Source of the DNA: Gemmatimonas sp.
Lineage (GTDB): Bacteria > Gemmatimonadota > Gemmatimonadetes > Gemmatimonadales > Gemmatimonadaceae
Length of the DNA: 64,000 nt
Direction of reading: 5' to 3'
Assembly (NCBI GenBank): GCA_965279375.1
Contig: OZ257156.1
Span: 704,001 to 768,000, forward strand
Shown: positions 8,808 to 19,059 of the stretch, one piece after another
Layout: every line of letters begins with the position of its first letter
How positions within the stretch are numbered: the stretch's first letter is position 1
The notes under the pieces: model-generated
Database searches by the model: none
The model's input: the letters and a program-made list of their open reading frames with translations, nothing else
What the model was told of the DNA's origin: nothing
Translations under genes and position numbers: made by a program

Positions 8808-11800
8808 ATGCGACTATTGCCTTGGTATTGGGTAGCCCTGTTCTCGTGCGTGCCGCTGCTTGCCGTGCGCGCGCAATCCGGAAGGGTCGCTACCCCGACG
8901 TCGCGCCGTGAGCTTCTGAGCGGTCGCGTGACCACCGACAGTGGTCGCGCGGTCGCCGCGGCGACAATCATCGTGACGCGCGCGCCTGACCGAGCGGTGT
9001 TTCAGCTCGCGAGCGATTCAAGCGGAGGATGGCGCCTCTCCGTTCCGGAAGGCACGGGTGACTATCTCGTCTACGTCTCCGCGCCCGGCTTCTCCGCACT
9101 CCGCCGTCGTGTCGCGCGCGACCTGCCGCTGCAAGCCGGCGTTAGCGCGACAGACTCCGGGTTCACGATCGCGATGACGCTGCGACGCGTCGTGCCGCAG
9201 ACGCTCGCGACCGTGGACGTCGTGGCGAAGAAGCCGCGTGCCATGCGACCGACACTCGACATGATGAACCTCGGCGTCGGCGCTTCCGAAACGAATGTCG
9301 AAGGCGTCACGGGGCGCGTGTCCCCGGAACTCGAGGGGAACCTGGCAGCGCTCGCCGCCACCATGCCGGGCATCACGGCGGTAGACGGCGGCTTCTCCGC
9401 CCTTGGACTCGGCGCCAGCCAGAGCGCCATCACCATCAGCGGGCTGCAGTTCTCCGGGCAGGACATCCCTCGCGACCTGCGCACGCTCACGCGTGTGGCC
9501 ACCTCGACGTACGACCCCTCCCGCGGCTGGTTCGGCGGCGCGCAAGTCACGCTCGAAGTATCACCCGGGCTGCAGTACGCCTACAGCAACGCACACCTCA
9601 CGCTCGATGCGCCCACGCTGCAAACGCGAAATCCGCTTGGCGGGCGCGGCGCCTCGCAACTGACCAACCTGCAGGGCAGCTTCGCACGAGAAGCGGGCAC
9701 CATGCAGGATCGGCTGACGTACAGTCTCGGCGTGCAGGGCAGTCGCCGCGCGCAAGACGCGCTGTCGATATACGACGCAGACGCCGACGCCCTGCGACGT
9801 AGTGGCGTCTCTCCGGATACCGCGCAGCGGCTGCGCACCATACTTGGCGCGGTCGGTGTCCCGATCGGGGTACCGTCGTTCGGATCGTCCTGGGGTGCCC
9901 TCACCGAAGATCGTCTCTCGTTCGCCGGGCGTATCGGCACACCGATCGTGGACTACCTCAAGAACGTGGAGCCGAACACGATCGTAGGCGTGTCCGCCTT
10001 TGGATCGTGGCGCCGCACGCAGGGAGTCGGACTCACTCCCACCGCAGTCGGGACGCGCTCCGGTGAAGCGAGTGCGATGACACTCGGCGCCATTGCACAG
10101 TTCTCAAAGTTCATTGAGCCCGAAGGCTGGCTGCTCGAACTCAAGTCGGGACTCTCCGGCACCAGTGACACACAGACGCCTTACAGCCTCCTGCCGACCG
10201 GCCGAGTGCTCGCCGGCGGCGATGCAATCGACGGTTACCCGTCGGGGCTGAACACGCTCGCTTTCGGCGGCAACGGGCAGCTCGATTCACATCGACGCAC
10301 GGCGCTCTGGGAGTCACAAGGCTCCCTAAACTTCTTCGTACCGGGCCAGAACCGGCACGAGTTCCGCGTCGCGGCCGATGTGCGTCTGGACGCGGTACAC
10401 ATCCAGCAGAGCGCGGATCGCTTTGGCACCTATCGATTCGAGAGTCTGACCGATCTCGCCGCTGGTCGCGCCTCCAGCTTTTCGCGGACGCTTCGTACAC
10501 CCGCTGTATCCGCCGCGGGATGGAACGCCTTTGCCTCGCTTGGTGACGAGTGGCGTGTGCGACCCGGGCTTCGACTGCTCTACGGCGTGCGACTGGAAGG
10601 CAATCGCTTCGTGAACGCACCCGATCGAACTGATGCGTTGGTCCGTGCGCTTGGTGTCGAGACGGATCGTGTCCCAAATCGCGTGGCCGTCAGTCCGCGA
10701 CTGGGCTTCACGTGGCGTCGCAGCGTGCGCGAGGACAACTACACGATGGGGAGCATGGGAGCGTTTCGCATTCCGCGCCGCAGCATGATCCGCGGTGGCA
10801 TCGGACAGTTCCGCAATCTGCTCACACCGGATCTCGTCGCGTACGCGCGCTCGAACACAGGGCTCATCGATGGCACCGCACAACTCCTGTGCACAGGCGA
10901 TGCGGTGCCCGAGCCGCAGTGGGCATCGTGGGTGACGGGCGGCACGCTCCCGACGACGTGTGCGGCTGGTGCACCATCGATGTTCGTCGATGCGGCGCCG
11001 CGCGTGAGCACGCTCGACCCACGAGTGAATGCACCGCGAAGCTGGCGCGCGAATCTGGCGCTATCGGGCACGCGCTGGAACGCGAGCTACACACTCGAAG
11101 GGATCGTCTCCTGGAACCTCGATCAGTTTGGCACGCGCGACGCGAACTTCTCCGGCATCCCCCGATTCACCTTGGCGGACGAAGGGCGCCCAGTCTTCGT
11201 GTCGCCGAGCAGCGTCGTCAGCGTATCCGGTGCGGTCTCGCCGGTGGAGTCGCGTATCAGAAGCGAGTTCTCCCGCGTGCTGGTGCAGCATTCGCAGCTG
11301 CGCTCGCTCACGCGACAAGTCTCGCTGACCCTGTCGCCATCCGCCTTCCATTCCCATTGGTGGACGAGTGGCACCTACGTGCTCGGCTTCATGCGACAGC
11401 GCGCAGCGGGCTTTGATGGCGCCACGTTCGGCGATCCTCGCGCGAGCCTATGGTCGCCTGGCGATGCGGACGTGCGACATCAGCTCATCGTGCAGTCGGG
11501 GCTCACCTTCAACGGGATTGCGCTCACACTATTCGGTCGGCTCGCGTCCGGTGCGCCGTTCACGCCACTCGTCGGTTCGGATGTGAACGGCGACGGCTCG
11601 GCAAACGATGCCGCGTTCATCTACGACGTCAACGCCTCGGGGACACCGACGCCACTCGGCAACGAACTTCGCAGCCTCCTCGCATCCGCGCAGTCGCATA
11701 CGCGTCGCTGCATCGAACAGTCGGTCGGCCGCGCAGCGGGACGCAATACGTGCAACGGTCCGTGGACGTCCAGCCTCAACGCACGCATCGGCATCGACGG

Positions 11801-12524
11801 CACCCGCGTCGGACTGGGCGCCCGCACCAAGATCGGAATCAATCTCGCCAATCCACTCGGCGGACTCGATCAGCTACTGCATGGTGATGCGCTGCGCGGT
11901 TGGGGAACTCCCGCGTTTCCGGACCGCGTGCTGTTGCAGGTGCGCGGCTTCGACGCGACACGGCGCGCTTTCACCTATGCGGTCAATCCACGTTTTGGCG
12001 ACACGCGCCCACGCGCCGGCAGTGTGTACGTACCCTTTCGTGCAACGGTTGACGTGTCGATCGATCTCGCGCCGACGATGGCGCTGCAGCAGATGCAGAA
12101 GTGGCTCGGGCCCGGACGGCGCGGCAAGGGTACGCGCTTCACTGAAAAGGAGTACCTCGACCGCTTCCTGCGCGGCAGCCCGGACCCATATCGCACCATC
12201 GTGCAACAGTCGGACACGCTGCTCCTGAACCGTGAGCAGATCGCCGCGCTGCAACGCGCGCAGACGCAGTTTCGCGCCAAAATTCAGGCCATGTGGCAAC
12301 CATTGGCCGCGGAGCTCGCAGCGGAGGACGCCGAATATGATGCACGGCGCTTCGAGCGACGGCAGCACGTCATCGCTGACAGCGTGTGGAACTACACCGG
12401 CGACGATCTGCGAGCCGTGCTTCCGACGATCCTGAGCGCGATTCAACTGCAGCTGCTGCCATCGAGTCCCGCGGCGTACTATCGACAAACCGACAACAGG
12501 CGCCCGTCGTACTTCTTCTTCTAG
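8808..12524 (+). CDS. Large outer-membrane TonB-receptor-like protein with N-terminal carboxypeptidase-regulatory-like domain
   Basis: Signal peptide; LSGRVTTDSG...GDYLVYVSAPGF (CarboxypepD_reg-like); SPRLGFTW, IRGGIGQF, SGAPFTP, DVNGDGSAND motifs typical of Oar-like barrels. Confidence 0.8.
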   Translation: MRLLPWYWVALFSCVPLLAVRAQSGRVATPTSRRELLSGRVTTDSGRAVAAATIIVTRAPDRAVFQLASDSSGGWRLSVPEGTGDYLVYVSAPGFSALRRRVARDLPLQAGVSATDSGFTIAMTLRRVVPQTLATVDVVAKKPRAMRPTLDMMNLGVGASETNVEGVTGRVSPELEGNLAALAATMPGITAVDGGFSALGLGASQSAITISGLQFSGQDIPRDLRTLTRVATSTYDPSRGWFGGAQVTLEVSPGLQYAYSNAHLTLDAPTLQTRNPLGGRGASQLTNLQGSFAREAGTMQDRLTYSLGVQGSRRAQDALSIYDADADALRRSGVSPDTAQRLRTILGAVGVPIGVPSFGSSWGALTEDRLSFAGRIGTPIVDYLKNVEPNTIVGVSAFGSWRRTQGVGLTPTAVGTRSGEASAMTLGAIAQFSKFIEPEGWLLELKSGLSGTSDTQTPYSLLPTGRVLAGGDAIDGYPSGLNTLAFGGNGQLDSHRRTALWESQGSLNFFVPGQNRHEFRVAADVRLDAVHIQQSADRFGTYRFESLTDLAAGRASSFSRTLRTPAVSAAGWNAFASLGDEWRVRPGLRLLYGVRLEGNRFVNAPDRTDALVRALGVETDRVPNRVAVSPRLGFTWRRSVREDNYTMGSMGAFRIPRRSMIRGGIGQFRNLLTPDLVAYARSNTGLIDGTAQLLCTGDAVPEPQWASWVTGGTLPTTCAAGAPSMFVDAAPRVSTLDPRVNAPRSWRANLALSGTRWNASYTLEGIVSWNLDQFGTRDANFSGIPRFTLADEGRPVFVSPSSVVSVSGAVSPVESRIRSEFSRVLVQHSQLRSLTRQVSLTLSPSAFHSHWWTSGTYVLGFMRQRAAGFDGATFGDPRASLWSPGDADVRHQLIVQSGLTFNGIALTLFGRLASGAPFTPLVGSDVNGDGSANDAAFIYDVNASGTPTPLGNELRSLLASAQSHTRRCIEQSVGRAAGRNTCNGPWTSSLNARIGIDGTRVGLGARTKIGINLANPLGGLDQLLHGDALRGWGTPAFPDRVLLQVRGFDATRRAFTYAVNPRFGDTRPRAGSVYVPFRATVDVSIDLAPTMALQQMQKWLGPGRRGKGTRFTEKEYLDRFLRGSPDPYRTIVQQSDTLLLNREQIAALQRAQTQFRAKIQAMWQPLAAELAAEDAEYDARRFERRQHVIADSVWNYTGDDLRAVLPTILSAIQLQLLPSSPAAYYRQTDNRRPSYFFF

Positions 12525-12538
12525 CGTGTACGGACGCC

Positions 12539-13015
12539 CTATCGCGCGCGCAGTCGTATCGTCGCGCGGTACCGTGCCTGCGGAATCGGATCGAGCGTCG
12601 TCGGCATGGGATCGAGCTTGACCAACTGCACCTGATAGCGATCGATGGGAATCGTATCCTTACCCGGTTGCGTCTCGATGGTGAGGGTGCGTTTTCCCTC
12701 GGGGCTCGTTGCGAGCAGCGCCACGGCCGCCGTGCCGCCCCACACGCATTGGATCGTCGCGTTGACAGGGCAGCGCGATTCGTTGGCGACGCTCACGAAC
12801 GTCAGCGACAGCGCGCCCGGCGCGACCACCACAGCCTCGCCCGGCGCCAGCGTGATGTCCTGACCAGCAGCAACCCGCTCGTCGACGGCCAAAAGGTTGG
12901 GACTCGACCCGTCGGACTGACACGCGCCCACAAACGACGCGGTGAGAAGCATCGCGCCGAGTCGGTACAGCTGGCGCCCGAGGCGCCGGTCGTGACTGCA
13001 GGAGTGAGTGTGCAT
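12539..13015 (-). CDS. Hypothetical lipoprotein (ESRCP...CVW motif)
   Basis: Hydrophobic stretch then VGAC lipobox; small beta-rich domain with a Cys pair. Start uncertain. Confidence 0.7.
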   Translation of the reverse strand: MHTHSCSHDRRLGRQLYRLGAMLLTASFVGACQSDGSSPNLLAVDERVAAGQDITLAPGEAVVVAPGALSLTFVSVANESRCPVNATIQCVWGGTAAVALLATSPEGKRTLTIETQPGKDTIPIDRYQVQLVKLDPMPTTLDPIPQARYRATIRLRAR

Positions 13016-13079
13016 GTCCTGCCCTACCTTCGCCACCGCATTTCCGTCACAGCGTACCGGCGCGGGCGCTTTGTGTGTT

Positions 13080-13511
13080 CTAGTGACTGGGACCGGACGC
13101 ACCGGACGTGACGTACGCCTTGTAGTTGTCCAGGATCGCCTGCCAGCCGGCCCGCTGCATGTCGACTGGAAACTCGCGGTCTGGCGTGAAGGTCTGCTTC
13201 ACCAGCGTTGATCCGTCGTGGTCCACGAACTCGGCCACCACTTCGCGCTCTGGACCAAGTGCCATCAGGATGCGCTCATGCGGCGTGACCTCGACGAAAG
13301 TGCCCTCGTAGTCGAATCCCATCGAGCCGTCCTTGGCTTCCATCCGATACGAAAACGCACCGCCCGCCTTCAAATCGAGTTGGGCGCTCGGGCAATGCCA
13401 ATCGGGCGACGCGAAATTCCAGGACGTGATGGCATTGGCGTCGGTGAACGCATGCCACGCCTGCGCGATGCCGGCAGGCACGACGACGGAGACGGTGATG
13501 GGAGCAAGCAT
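13080..13511 (-). CDS. SRPBCC/AHSA1 family protein
   Basis: WNFASPDWHCP, YRMEAKDGSMGFDYEG, QRAGWQAILDNYK. Confidence 0.9.
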   Translation of the reverse strand: MLAPITVSVVVPAGIAQAWHAFTDANAITSWNFASPDWHCPSAQLDLKAGGAFSYRMEAKDGSMGFDYEGTFVEVTPHERILMALGPEREVVAEFVDHDGSTLVKQTFTPDREFPVDMQRAGWQAILDNYKAYVTSGASGPSH

Positions 13512-13655
13512 GGTGTCGAGAGTCGAGGGAGCGAGGCGCGGATGATTCCCGCGCCGAAAAAGCTATCACGATTCCGCAGTTGCAACCAATCGATCGACCC
13601 ACGCCCCTCCTGGACATCGGATAAACGTCGCGGCGATGTGCGGCATCCAAGCATC

Positions 13656-16484
13656 ATGAGACTCGACCACCCGACAATGCGCCGACGCCTCCGCCTCAGC
13701 GCACTCGCCCTCGTCGCTCCTCTGCTCGCTGGCGCGCGCGGTCAACCGCCTCGCGTCGATACGCTCGTGCTCCCGAATGTCACCGTCATCGACGGGACGG
13801 GCGCGCCACCGCGGCGGCAAGTCGACGTGCTCATCCGCGACACACGCATCGTATCGATTCGTCCGACCGGCACCCCGCTGCCAGCCGCGGCGCAGGTCCT
13901 CGAGGAGTTCCGCGGCATGAGCGTGATGCCAGGGCTGATCGATTCGCACGTCCATCTGGCGACCTCTCCCCGTGACTCTGGCGTCACCGCTGCACTGGGA
14001 CGCGCGGTCCTGCTTGGAGGCGTGACCTCCCTCCGCGATATGGGCGGCAACACCTCGCAGCTCCGTCGCATCAGCGCGCAGTATGCGCAGAGCGGCGTTG
14101 CCGCACCACGACTCTATACATCGGCCGTGGTCGCCGGCGCCAAAGGCCCGTGGAACAGCGGCGCGAGGAGTGGCTTTCTCGGTGGCACCGATTCCCCGGC
14201 GGACAGTTCGCGCAACATTCTCGCGACGGACGAATCGTCGACTGTCGCTGCGATCGCCTCCCTGCGTGGCCGTGGCATCATGGGCATCAAGCTGCTCGAG
14301 GACCTCGATCTCGGTCAGCTGCGCGCAGCGACTCGCGCGGCCCGCGCCGCCGGGTTGCGTGTGTGGTCGCACTGGGCAATCGATGACGTCACCCCCATGC
14401 AGATCGTGCGATCGGGCGTCGACGCCGTATCGCACGCCGACATGGCGTCGTGGGCCATGATCGACGGCCGTGGCAATTCCGATTCGGCGCGGCTCGCGCA
14501 GCGACTATGGATCTTCGAGCACGGTCGCATGAATCATCCGGGGTTGCTGGCCGTGCTCGACACCATGCGCGCACGCGATGTCGCGCTGGATGCCACCTTG
14601 TTGGTGTTTGCAATGGCGGCACAAAGCGAACGAGACGCGGCCACAGCCGGGACGGCGCGACGTTATCAGCACCTGATGCGATTCGCGTCGGCCGTGGTGC
14701 GCACCGCACACGAAAGAGGTGTGCGCATCGTCGCGGGCACCGACGCACTCGGCGGCTCCACGCCCAACCTGCACGCCGATCTGCAACTGCTCGTGGATAG
14801 CGCAGGACTCTCTCCGCTCGCAGCGATTCAGGCGGCCACGCGCAACGCCGCGCATGTGTTGGGTATCGCAGACTCCCTCGGCACGGTGTCCGAAGGAATG
14901 CTCGCGGATCTGGTCATTGTCGACGGCGATCCGTCGACGGATATCCGCGAAACGCTCCGCGTACGGGCCGTGGTGAAGAACGGTGCGCTATTCCGGCGAG
15001 AGCGCCCGTTGGTGGCGTCAGGGTTGACACAGCCACCGACTGACTCGGCTCGCATCGCGCGCGTCGAGCGTCGGCTCTGGCCCGCTGTGACGCTCCGCGG
15101 AACGAGCGACTCCGGATGGTCCGTTCACGATCGAATGCGTGCCCATGCGGTCGCTGGACTGAGCGTAGCCGTCGTGCATCGTGGACGCGTTGCTTGGTCG
15201 TGTGCGTATGGCGTTCGGGATCGCGCCACTGGTGATCCGATGACGACCGGCACACTGCTGCAAGCCGGATCGCTCAGCAAGCCGATGGCGGCAACGATCG
15301 CGATGTCGTTGGTGCAAGCAGGAACGCTGACGTTGGACGACGATGTGAATCGCTGGCTGCGTGCCTGGACCGTTCCGCGCGATTCATTCACTACCAAGCG
15401 GCCCGTGACGTTGCGCCTGCTCCTCAGCCACCGCGCGGGCTTCAACGTCAGCGGCTTCGATGGCTATGCCCGGGACAGCGCACATCCGTCAGTGCTGGAT
15501 GTTTTGCGTCGCACTGGCGCCACACGCTCCGACACCATTCGTGTGACGCGTCTTCCGGGTTCAGCCGCCGCCTACTCGGGTGGTGGATATCTGGTCGCGC
15601 AGCAGGTCATGACCGACGCGACGGGCCAGTCTTTCGAGACGCTCAGCACTGCGCGCCTGTTCGAGCCGTTGGGGCTGGCGCGATCGACGTACTCTGTCGT
15701 GTCCGAGCACGTCAACGCTGGTGATATCTCCCGCGGCTACCTCAGCGGCGGACGACCCGTTCCCGGAGGGTGGCGGGTGCTGCCAGAGCAGGCGCCGGCC
15801 TCACTGTGGACGACGCCAACAGAGTACGCGAGGTTCATCGTCGAGCTGCAACGCGCGTTCCGCGGTGACAGTTCGCGCGTGCTCTCCACGGAGCTCGCGC
15901 GTGCCATGATGACGACGCAGGGGAGTGCGGCCGACGAACAAGGGATCGGCGTTGGTCTCAAGGGAAATCCGCCGTTCCGATTCAGCCACACGGGCTGGAA
16001 CGATGGCTTTCGCTCGATTGCCATCGGATACCTCGACCGCGGCGAAGGCATCGTCGTCCTCACGAACGCGGATGACGGTGATGGATTGGCGATGGAATAT
16101 GTGCGCGCAGTCGCACGCGAGTATGGCTGGGCCGATCTCGCACCACAGCTACGTACCGCCATCCCGCTGTCTGCCTCGGAGCGTACTGCGCTCGTCGGTC
16201 GCTACCGCTTGGGGCGCGACTGGCAGATCGAGATTGCGGTGCGGAATGATACGCTCGTCGCCGGACCGACTGGACGACGACCCTTCCCGCTCTTCGCAGA
16301 GTCTCGAGACGAGTACTTCTTCACATTCGCGGAAGATCTGGGACTCTCGGTGCGGCGTGACGCCGCCGGTCACGTGGTCGGCGTTGTCTGGAAGCAAGGT
16401 GATCGCCATACGTATGGCGCACGAGAATCCCGCCGCTCACCGGCGCGCACGCCCATCAAGCCAGCGCGACAACCTCACTCCTGA
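13656..16484 (+). CDS. Fusion: amidohydrolase + class C beta-lactamase-like serine hydrolase + DUF3471-like tail
   Basis: PGLIDSHVH, GVTSLRDMG, VAGTD, ADLVIVDGDP; then GSLSKP (SxxK), LLSHRAG, YSGGGY, SHTGWN. Start 13656 or 13677. Confidence 0.85.
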   Translation: MRLDHPTMRRRLRLSALALVAPLLAGARGQPPRVDTLVLPNVTVIDGTGAPPRRQVDVLIRDTRIVSIRPTGTPLPAAAQVLEEFRGMSVMPGLIDSHVHLATSPRDSGVTAALGRAVLLGGVTSLRDMGGNTSQLRRISAQYAQSGVAAPRLYTSAVVAGAKGPWNSGARSGFLGGTDSPADSSRNILATDESSTVAAIASLRGRGIMGIKLLEDLDLGQLRAATRAARAAGLRVWSHWAIDDVTPMQIVRSGVDAVSHADMASWAMIDGRGNSDSARLAQRLWIFEHGRMNHPGLLAVLDTMRARDVALDATLLVFAMAAQSERDAATAGTARRYQHLMRFASAVVRTAHERGVRIVAGTDALGGSTPNLHADLQLLVDSAGLSPLAAIQAATRNAAHVLGIADSLGTVSEGMLADLVIVDGDPSTDIRETLRVRAVVKNGALFRRERPLVASGLTQPPTDSARIARVERRLWPAVTLRGTSDSGWSVHDRMRAHAVAGLSVAVVHRGRVAWSCAYGVRDRATGDPMTTGTLLQAGSLSKPMAATIAMSLVQAGTLTLDDDVNRWLRAWTVPRDSFTTKRPVTLRLLLSHRAGFNVSGFDGYARDSAHPSVLDVLRRTGATRSDTIRVTRLPGSAAAYSGGGYLVAQQVMTDATGQSFETLSTARLFEPLGLARSTYSVVSEHVNAGDISRGYLSGGRPVPGGWRVLPEQAPASLWTTPTEYARFIVELQRAFRGDSSRVLSTELARAMMTTQGSAADEQGIGVGLKGNPPFRFSHTGWNDGFRSIAIGYLDRGEGIVVLTNADDGDGLAMEYVRAVAREYGWADLAPQLRTAIPLSASERTALVGRYRLGRDWQIEIAVRNDTLVAGPTGRRPFPLFAESRDEYFFTFAEDLGLSVRRDAAGHVVGVVWKQGDRHTYGARESRRSPARTPIKPARQPHS

Positions 16485-17450
16485 GACCGAATCGCGTACC
16501 ATCGCGGAATCGATCCACCCTCGATACTGCGGCAGCGTCTTGAGGTACGTGAGATAGCGCGGGTAGCTGCCGGGATCCTTGCCATCGAGAATCTCGACGG
16601 ACGTTTTGACGGTCGCCGCCGAAAACGCGCGCCAGATGCGCTGCCCGAACGCCGCCGTGGCCAAGCGTGGCGCGCCGAGGTAACCGGGCCAGTCGGAGCG
16701 CGCGGCCACCGCAAAGTCGGCGGCGTAGTTGGCGCCCGAGACGTCCGGTGCCTGTCGATAGTCCTTCGACACCAGCTCGGGGCGCAGATAGAGCATCAGA
16801 CTGTGCTCATCCATCCCCGCGTGCAGTGACAGCCCGTCCGCCGCTTTCTCTGCGGCGGTCATGTCGCTCATCGCACCGCCCCACCCCCCGAGCACCGGAA
16901 GCAGTCCCCACAGGTTCACCATCGTGCCGCGATACGTCTCGCGAAAGAAGTCGCCAGCTTCGTCGAGCGCGCCGATGTGCAGTGGCGACCCGTGTACATG
17001 CACCACGAGAATCCAACGAAATCCCTGCTCGCCCAACTCGCTCGCCAGATCGACGAACGTGGCGCGCAACGTGGACGGACGTATTGCGTACGTGCCCGGA
17101 AAGGAGAAGTGGTTCCCGATTTCATTCGAACCACTCGCCCCCGCCGAAATCTGCGGAAAGACAAGCACGGTCCAGCCCGGCCGCTGTCGTGCGATGCCGG
17201 CCGCCAACTCTTGCGTGAGCCGCGCACTCAGAATGCCGTCCGTGTTCGCCGGCAGATACGGGCCGTGCTCTTCCAGCATGCCGCCCGTCAGCAGCACGAC
17301 GGTTTTGCTCCGATCGAGTGCGCGAATCTGGCGCGTGTTGAGGTCGCCCACGTTCCGTACCTGAGCGACGACGTCCCGCGCGCAGAAGAGGATCGCAGCG
17401 GAGATGACACCGACTGCCCGCGCCCAGCGCCTGCTGTTGCCATGGTGCAT
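16437..17450 (-). CDS. Creatininase family amidohydrolase with signal peptide
   Basis: EEHGPYLPANTD, FPGT, VHG, HAGMDEHS. GGAG RBS upstream of ATG at 17450. Confidence 0.82.
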   Translation of the reverse strand: MHHGNSRRWARAVGVISAAILFCARDVVAQVRNVGDLNTRQIRALDRSKTVVLLTGGMLEEHGPYLPANTDGILSARLTQELAAGIARQRPGWTVLVFPQISAGASGSNEIGNHFSFPGTYAIRPSTLRATFVDLASELGEQGFRWILVVHVHGSPLHIGALDEAGDFFRETYRGTMVNLWGLLPVLGGWGGAMSDMTAAEKAADGLSLHAGMDEHSLMLYLRPELVSKDYRQAPDVSGANYAADFAVAARSDWPGYLGAPRLATAAFGQRIWRAFSAATVKTSVEILDGKDPGSYPRYLTYLKTLPQYRGWIDSAMVRDSVSGVRLSRWLDGRARR

Positions 17451-17604
17451 GTCATACTCCACGCGATGAATGTCGACGACGGACGGCCAATGCCAGTAGC
17501 GCGTGAACATGCGCGGAAAGTACGGCGCGATCCAGTCGTGTCAGCATGTCAACGAAGCGGCGTGGACACGCAGCGAAGCGAAGTCAGCCGTCAGTTTTCC
17601 CGGA

Positions 17605-18207
17605 CTAGTTGTACCAGAGCTGATACGAGCGCCGAATCGGCCACCGGTCGCCGCCCTTCCGCTCCATCCAGAGCAGATATCCTCCGCCACAGTTCTCGCC
17701 GCACCCCTGCACGAACTCCACGAGCGCGGTCGTGCTGTCGTCAGTGAAGGCGATCGGAGAGAACGACAGCACCTGCCGCTGTCCGGGATTCCTGCGCCGG
17801 AATTCGCCCCACCAATCCCTCGGCTGCGCCACGCGTATCGCCTCTGACTCGGCCGCCGTCAACACGCGCACTGGACGCGGGAGCGGCAGACGCGCGCTCG
17901 CTTGCGGCGAGCCACTCAACGCTTCAAGTCGTGCGGGCAGGCCGGAGGGCACCTGCGCGAACTCTTCCCACGTGGTCGGCACGCCCGCCGGTGCACGGAA
18001 CACCACCGTGCTCTCCGGCACGACGATCGGTCCGATCGAGCTGTCTCGTGCCATGGAGTCGAGGACGGCGGCATACACACGTGCGGCCGTCCCCGACGGC
18101 GCTACGAACGCAGCAGATCCTGATTCACTCGATCGCGCGCACGCGATCATCGCGAGGAGACTGAGCGCAGCAACTATCGGTCGTCCGACAGTTCGTTGAG
18201 TGTACAT
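17605..18207 (-). CDS. Hypothetical lipoprotein
   Basis: Signal peptide with MIAC lipobox; C-terminal CGENCGGG motif. Confidence 0.72.
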   Translation of the reverse strand: MYTQRTVGRPIVAALSLLAMIACARSSESGSAAFVAPSGTAARVYAAVLDSMARDSSIGPIVVPESTVVFRAPAGVPTTWEEFAQVPSGLPARLEALSGSPQASARLPLPRPVRVLTAAESEAIRVAQPRDWWGEFRRRNPGQRQVLSFSPIAFTDDSTTALVEFVQGCGENCGGGYLLWMERKGGDRWPIRRSYQLWYN

Positions 18208-18332
18208 GAGAACGTGAGTCGAAAGCTGATCGTGAAGACGGCCGTTGCATTACACTTCCGCGGAACGTCGCCCTGCAACTTCGTCAATGGCGCGACATCT
18301 GGCGAGTGACGGACCGAGAGCCGGGAGACCGT

Positions 18333-18824
18333 ATGCCCACGTGGTTACGACGAGTGCGCGGTGTGCTGGGGATGGGCGTGATCTGGGCTGTCGGCGGAGC
18401 CTGCGTCGGCGGCGCGATTGAACTGCTCGACAACGTGCTCCCGGGTCGACTGGCGTTCATCGCACGCGTGGACATGTGGCCGCAGACGTTGGCGATTCCC
18501 GGATTCATCAGCGGAGCGCTCTTCGCGACGGTACTCATGCTCGCGAACCTCCGTGCACGCACGCGCGGCGATTCGAGTGCCATGTCCTTCTCACGCTTCG
18601 CGTCCATCGGCGCAATCGCCGGCATTCTGCTTGGCGCGATCGCCATGACCATCGGTGCACCACTGCTGTTCGTGGTCGCAACGACCGTGTGGGGTGTCAC
18701 CGCAGCATCGGGCTCATTCCTCTTTGCGCGACGTGCAACCACGCGTGCGCAGCTCGAGCTCGGCGATAGTGACGACTCGACTGACGCACCCGCGACTGAG
18801 CCGCCGAAGACGCTCACGGGTTAG
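18333..18824 (+). CDS. Hypothetical membrane protein (about 4 TM)
   Basis: GGAG RBS; four hydrophobic segments; DMWPQTLAIPGF. Confidence 0.75.
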   Translation: MPTWLRRVRGVLGMGVIWAVGGACVGGAIELLDNVLPGRLAFIARVDMWPQTLAIPGFISGALFATVLMLANLRARTRGDSSAMSFSRFASIGAIAGILLGAIAMTIGAPLLFVVATTVWGVTAASGSFLFARRATTRAQLELGDSDDSTDAPATEPPKTLTG

Positions 18825-18938
18825 GCCACGCTTACCGACTCGGCGTCGATCATCAGCCACAGCCCGGCCCCCACCAACTCGAAGACGGCGGTTGCCGCCA
18901 GCGCGGTTGGCCAGCCGAGTGATTCCACTAGGTAGTCG
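18821..18938 (-). pseudogene. Possible remnant of an MFS transporter C-terminus
   Basis: Translates YLVESLGWPTALAATAVFELVGAGLWLMIDAESVSVA*, resembling the last TM helix of ACS-type MFS permeases; no plausible upstream body. Confidence 0.45.
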
Positions 18939-19059
18939 CTCCGGTCTCCTCGACATTCAAGAGATCGAGCGGGCAGAATCGCGCAGCGTGGAAACCGCCG
19001 CACGTGTGCTCCGTACGCACCGCAGTCCGAGTGATCGCCCCCGCTCTCCGGAGTTGCGT

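Noticed and set aside
13656..16484. Calling the serine hydrolase domain an antibiotic-resistance beta-lactamase
   Set aside because: SxxK family motifs alone do not establish beta-lactamase activity; many members are peptidases or esterases.
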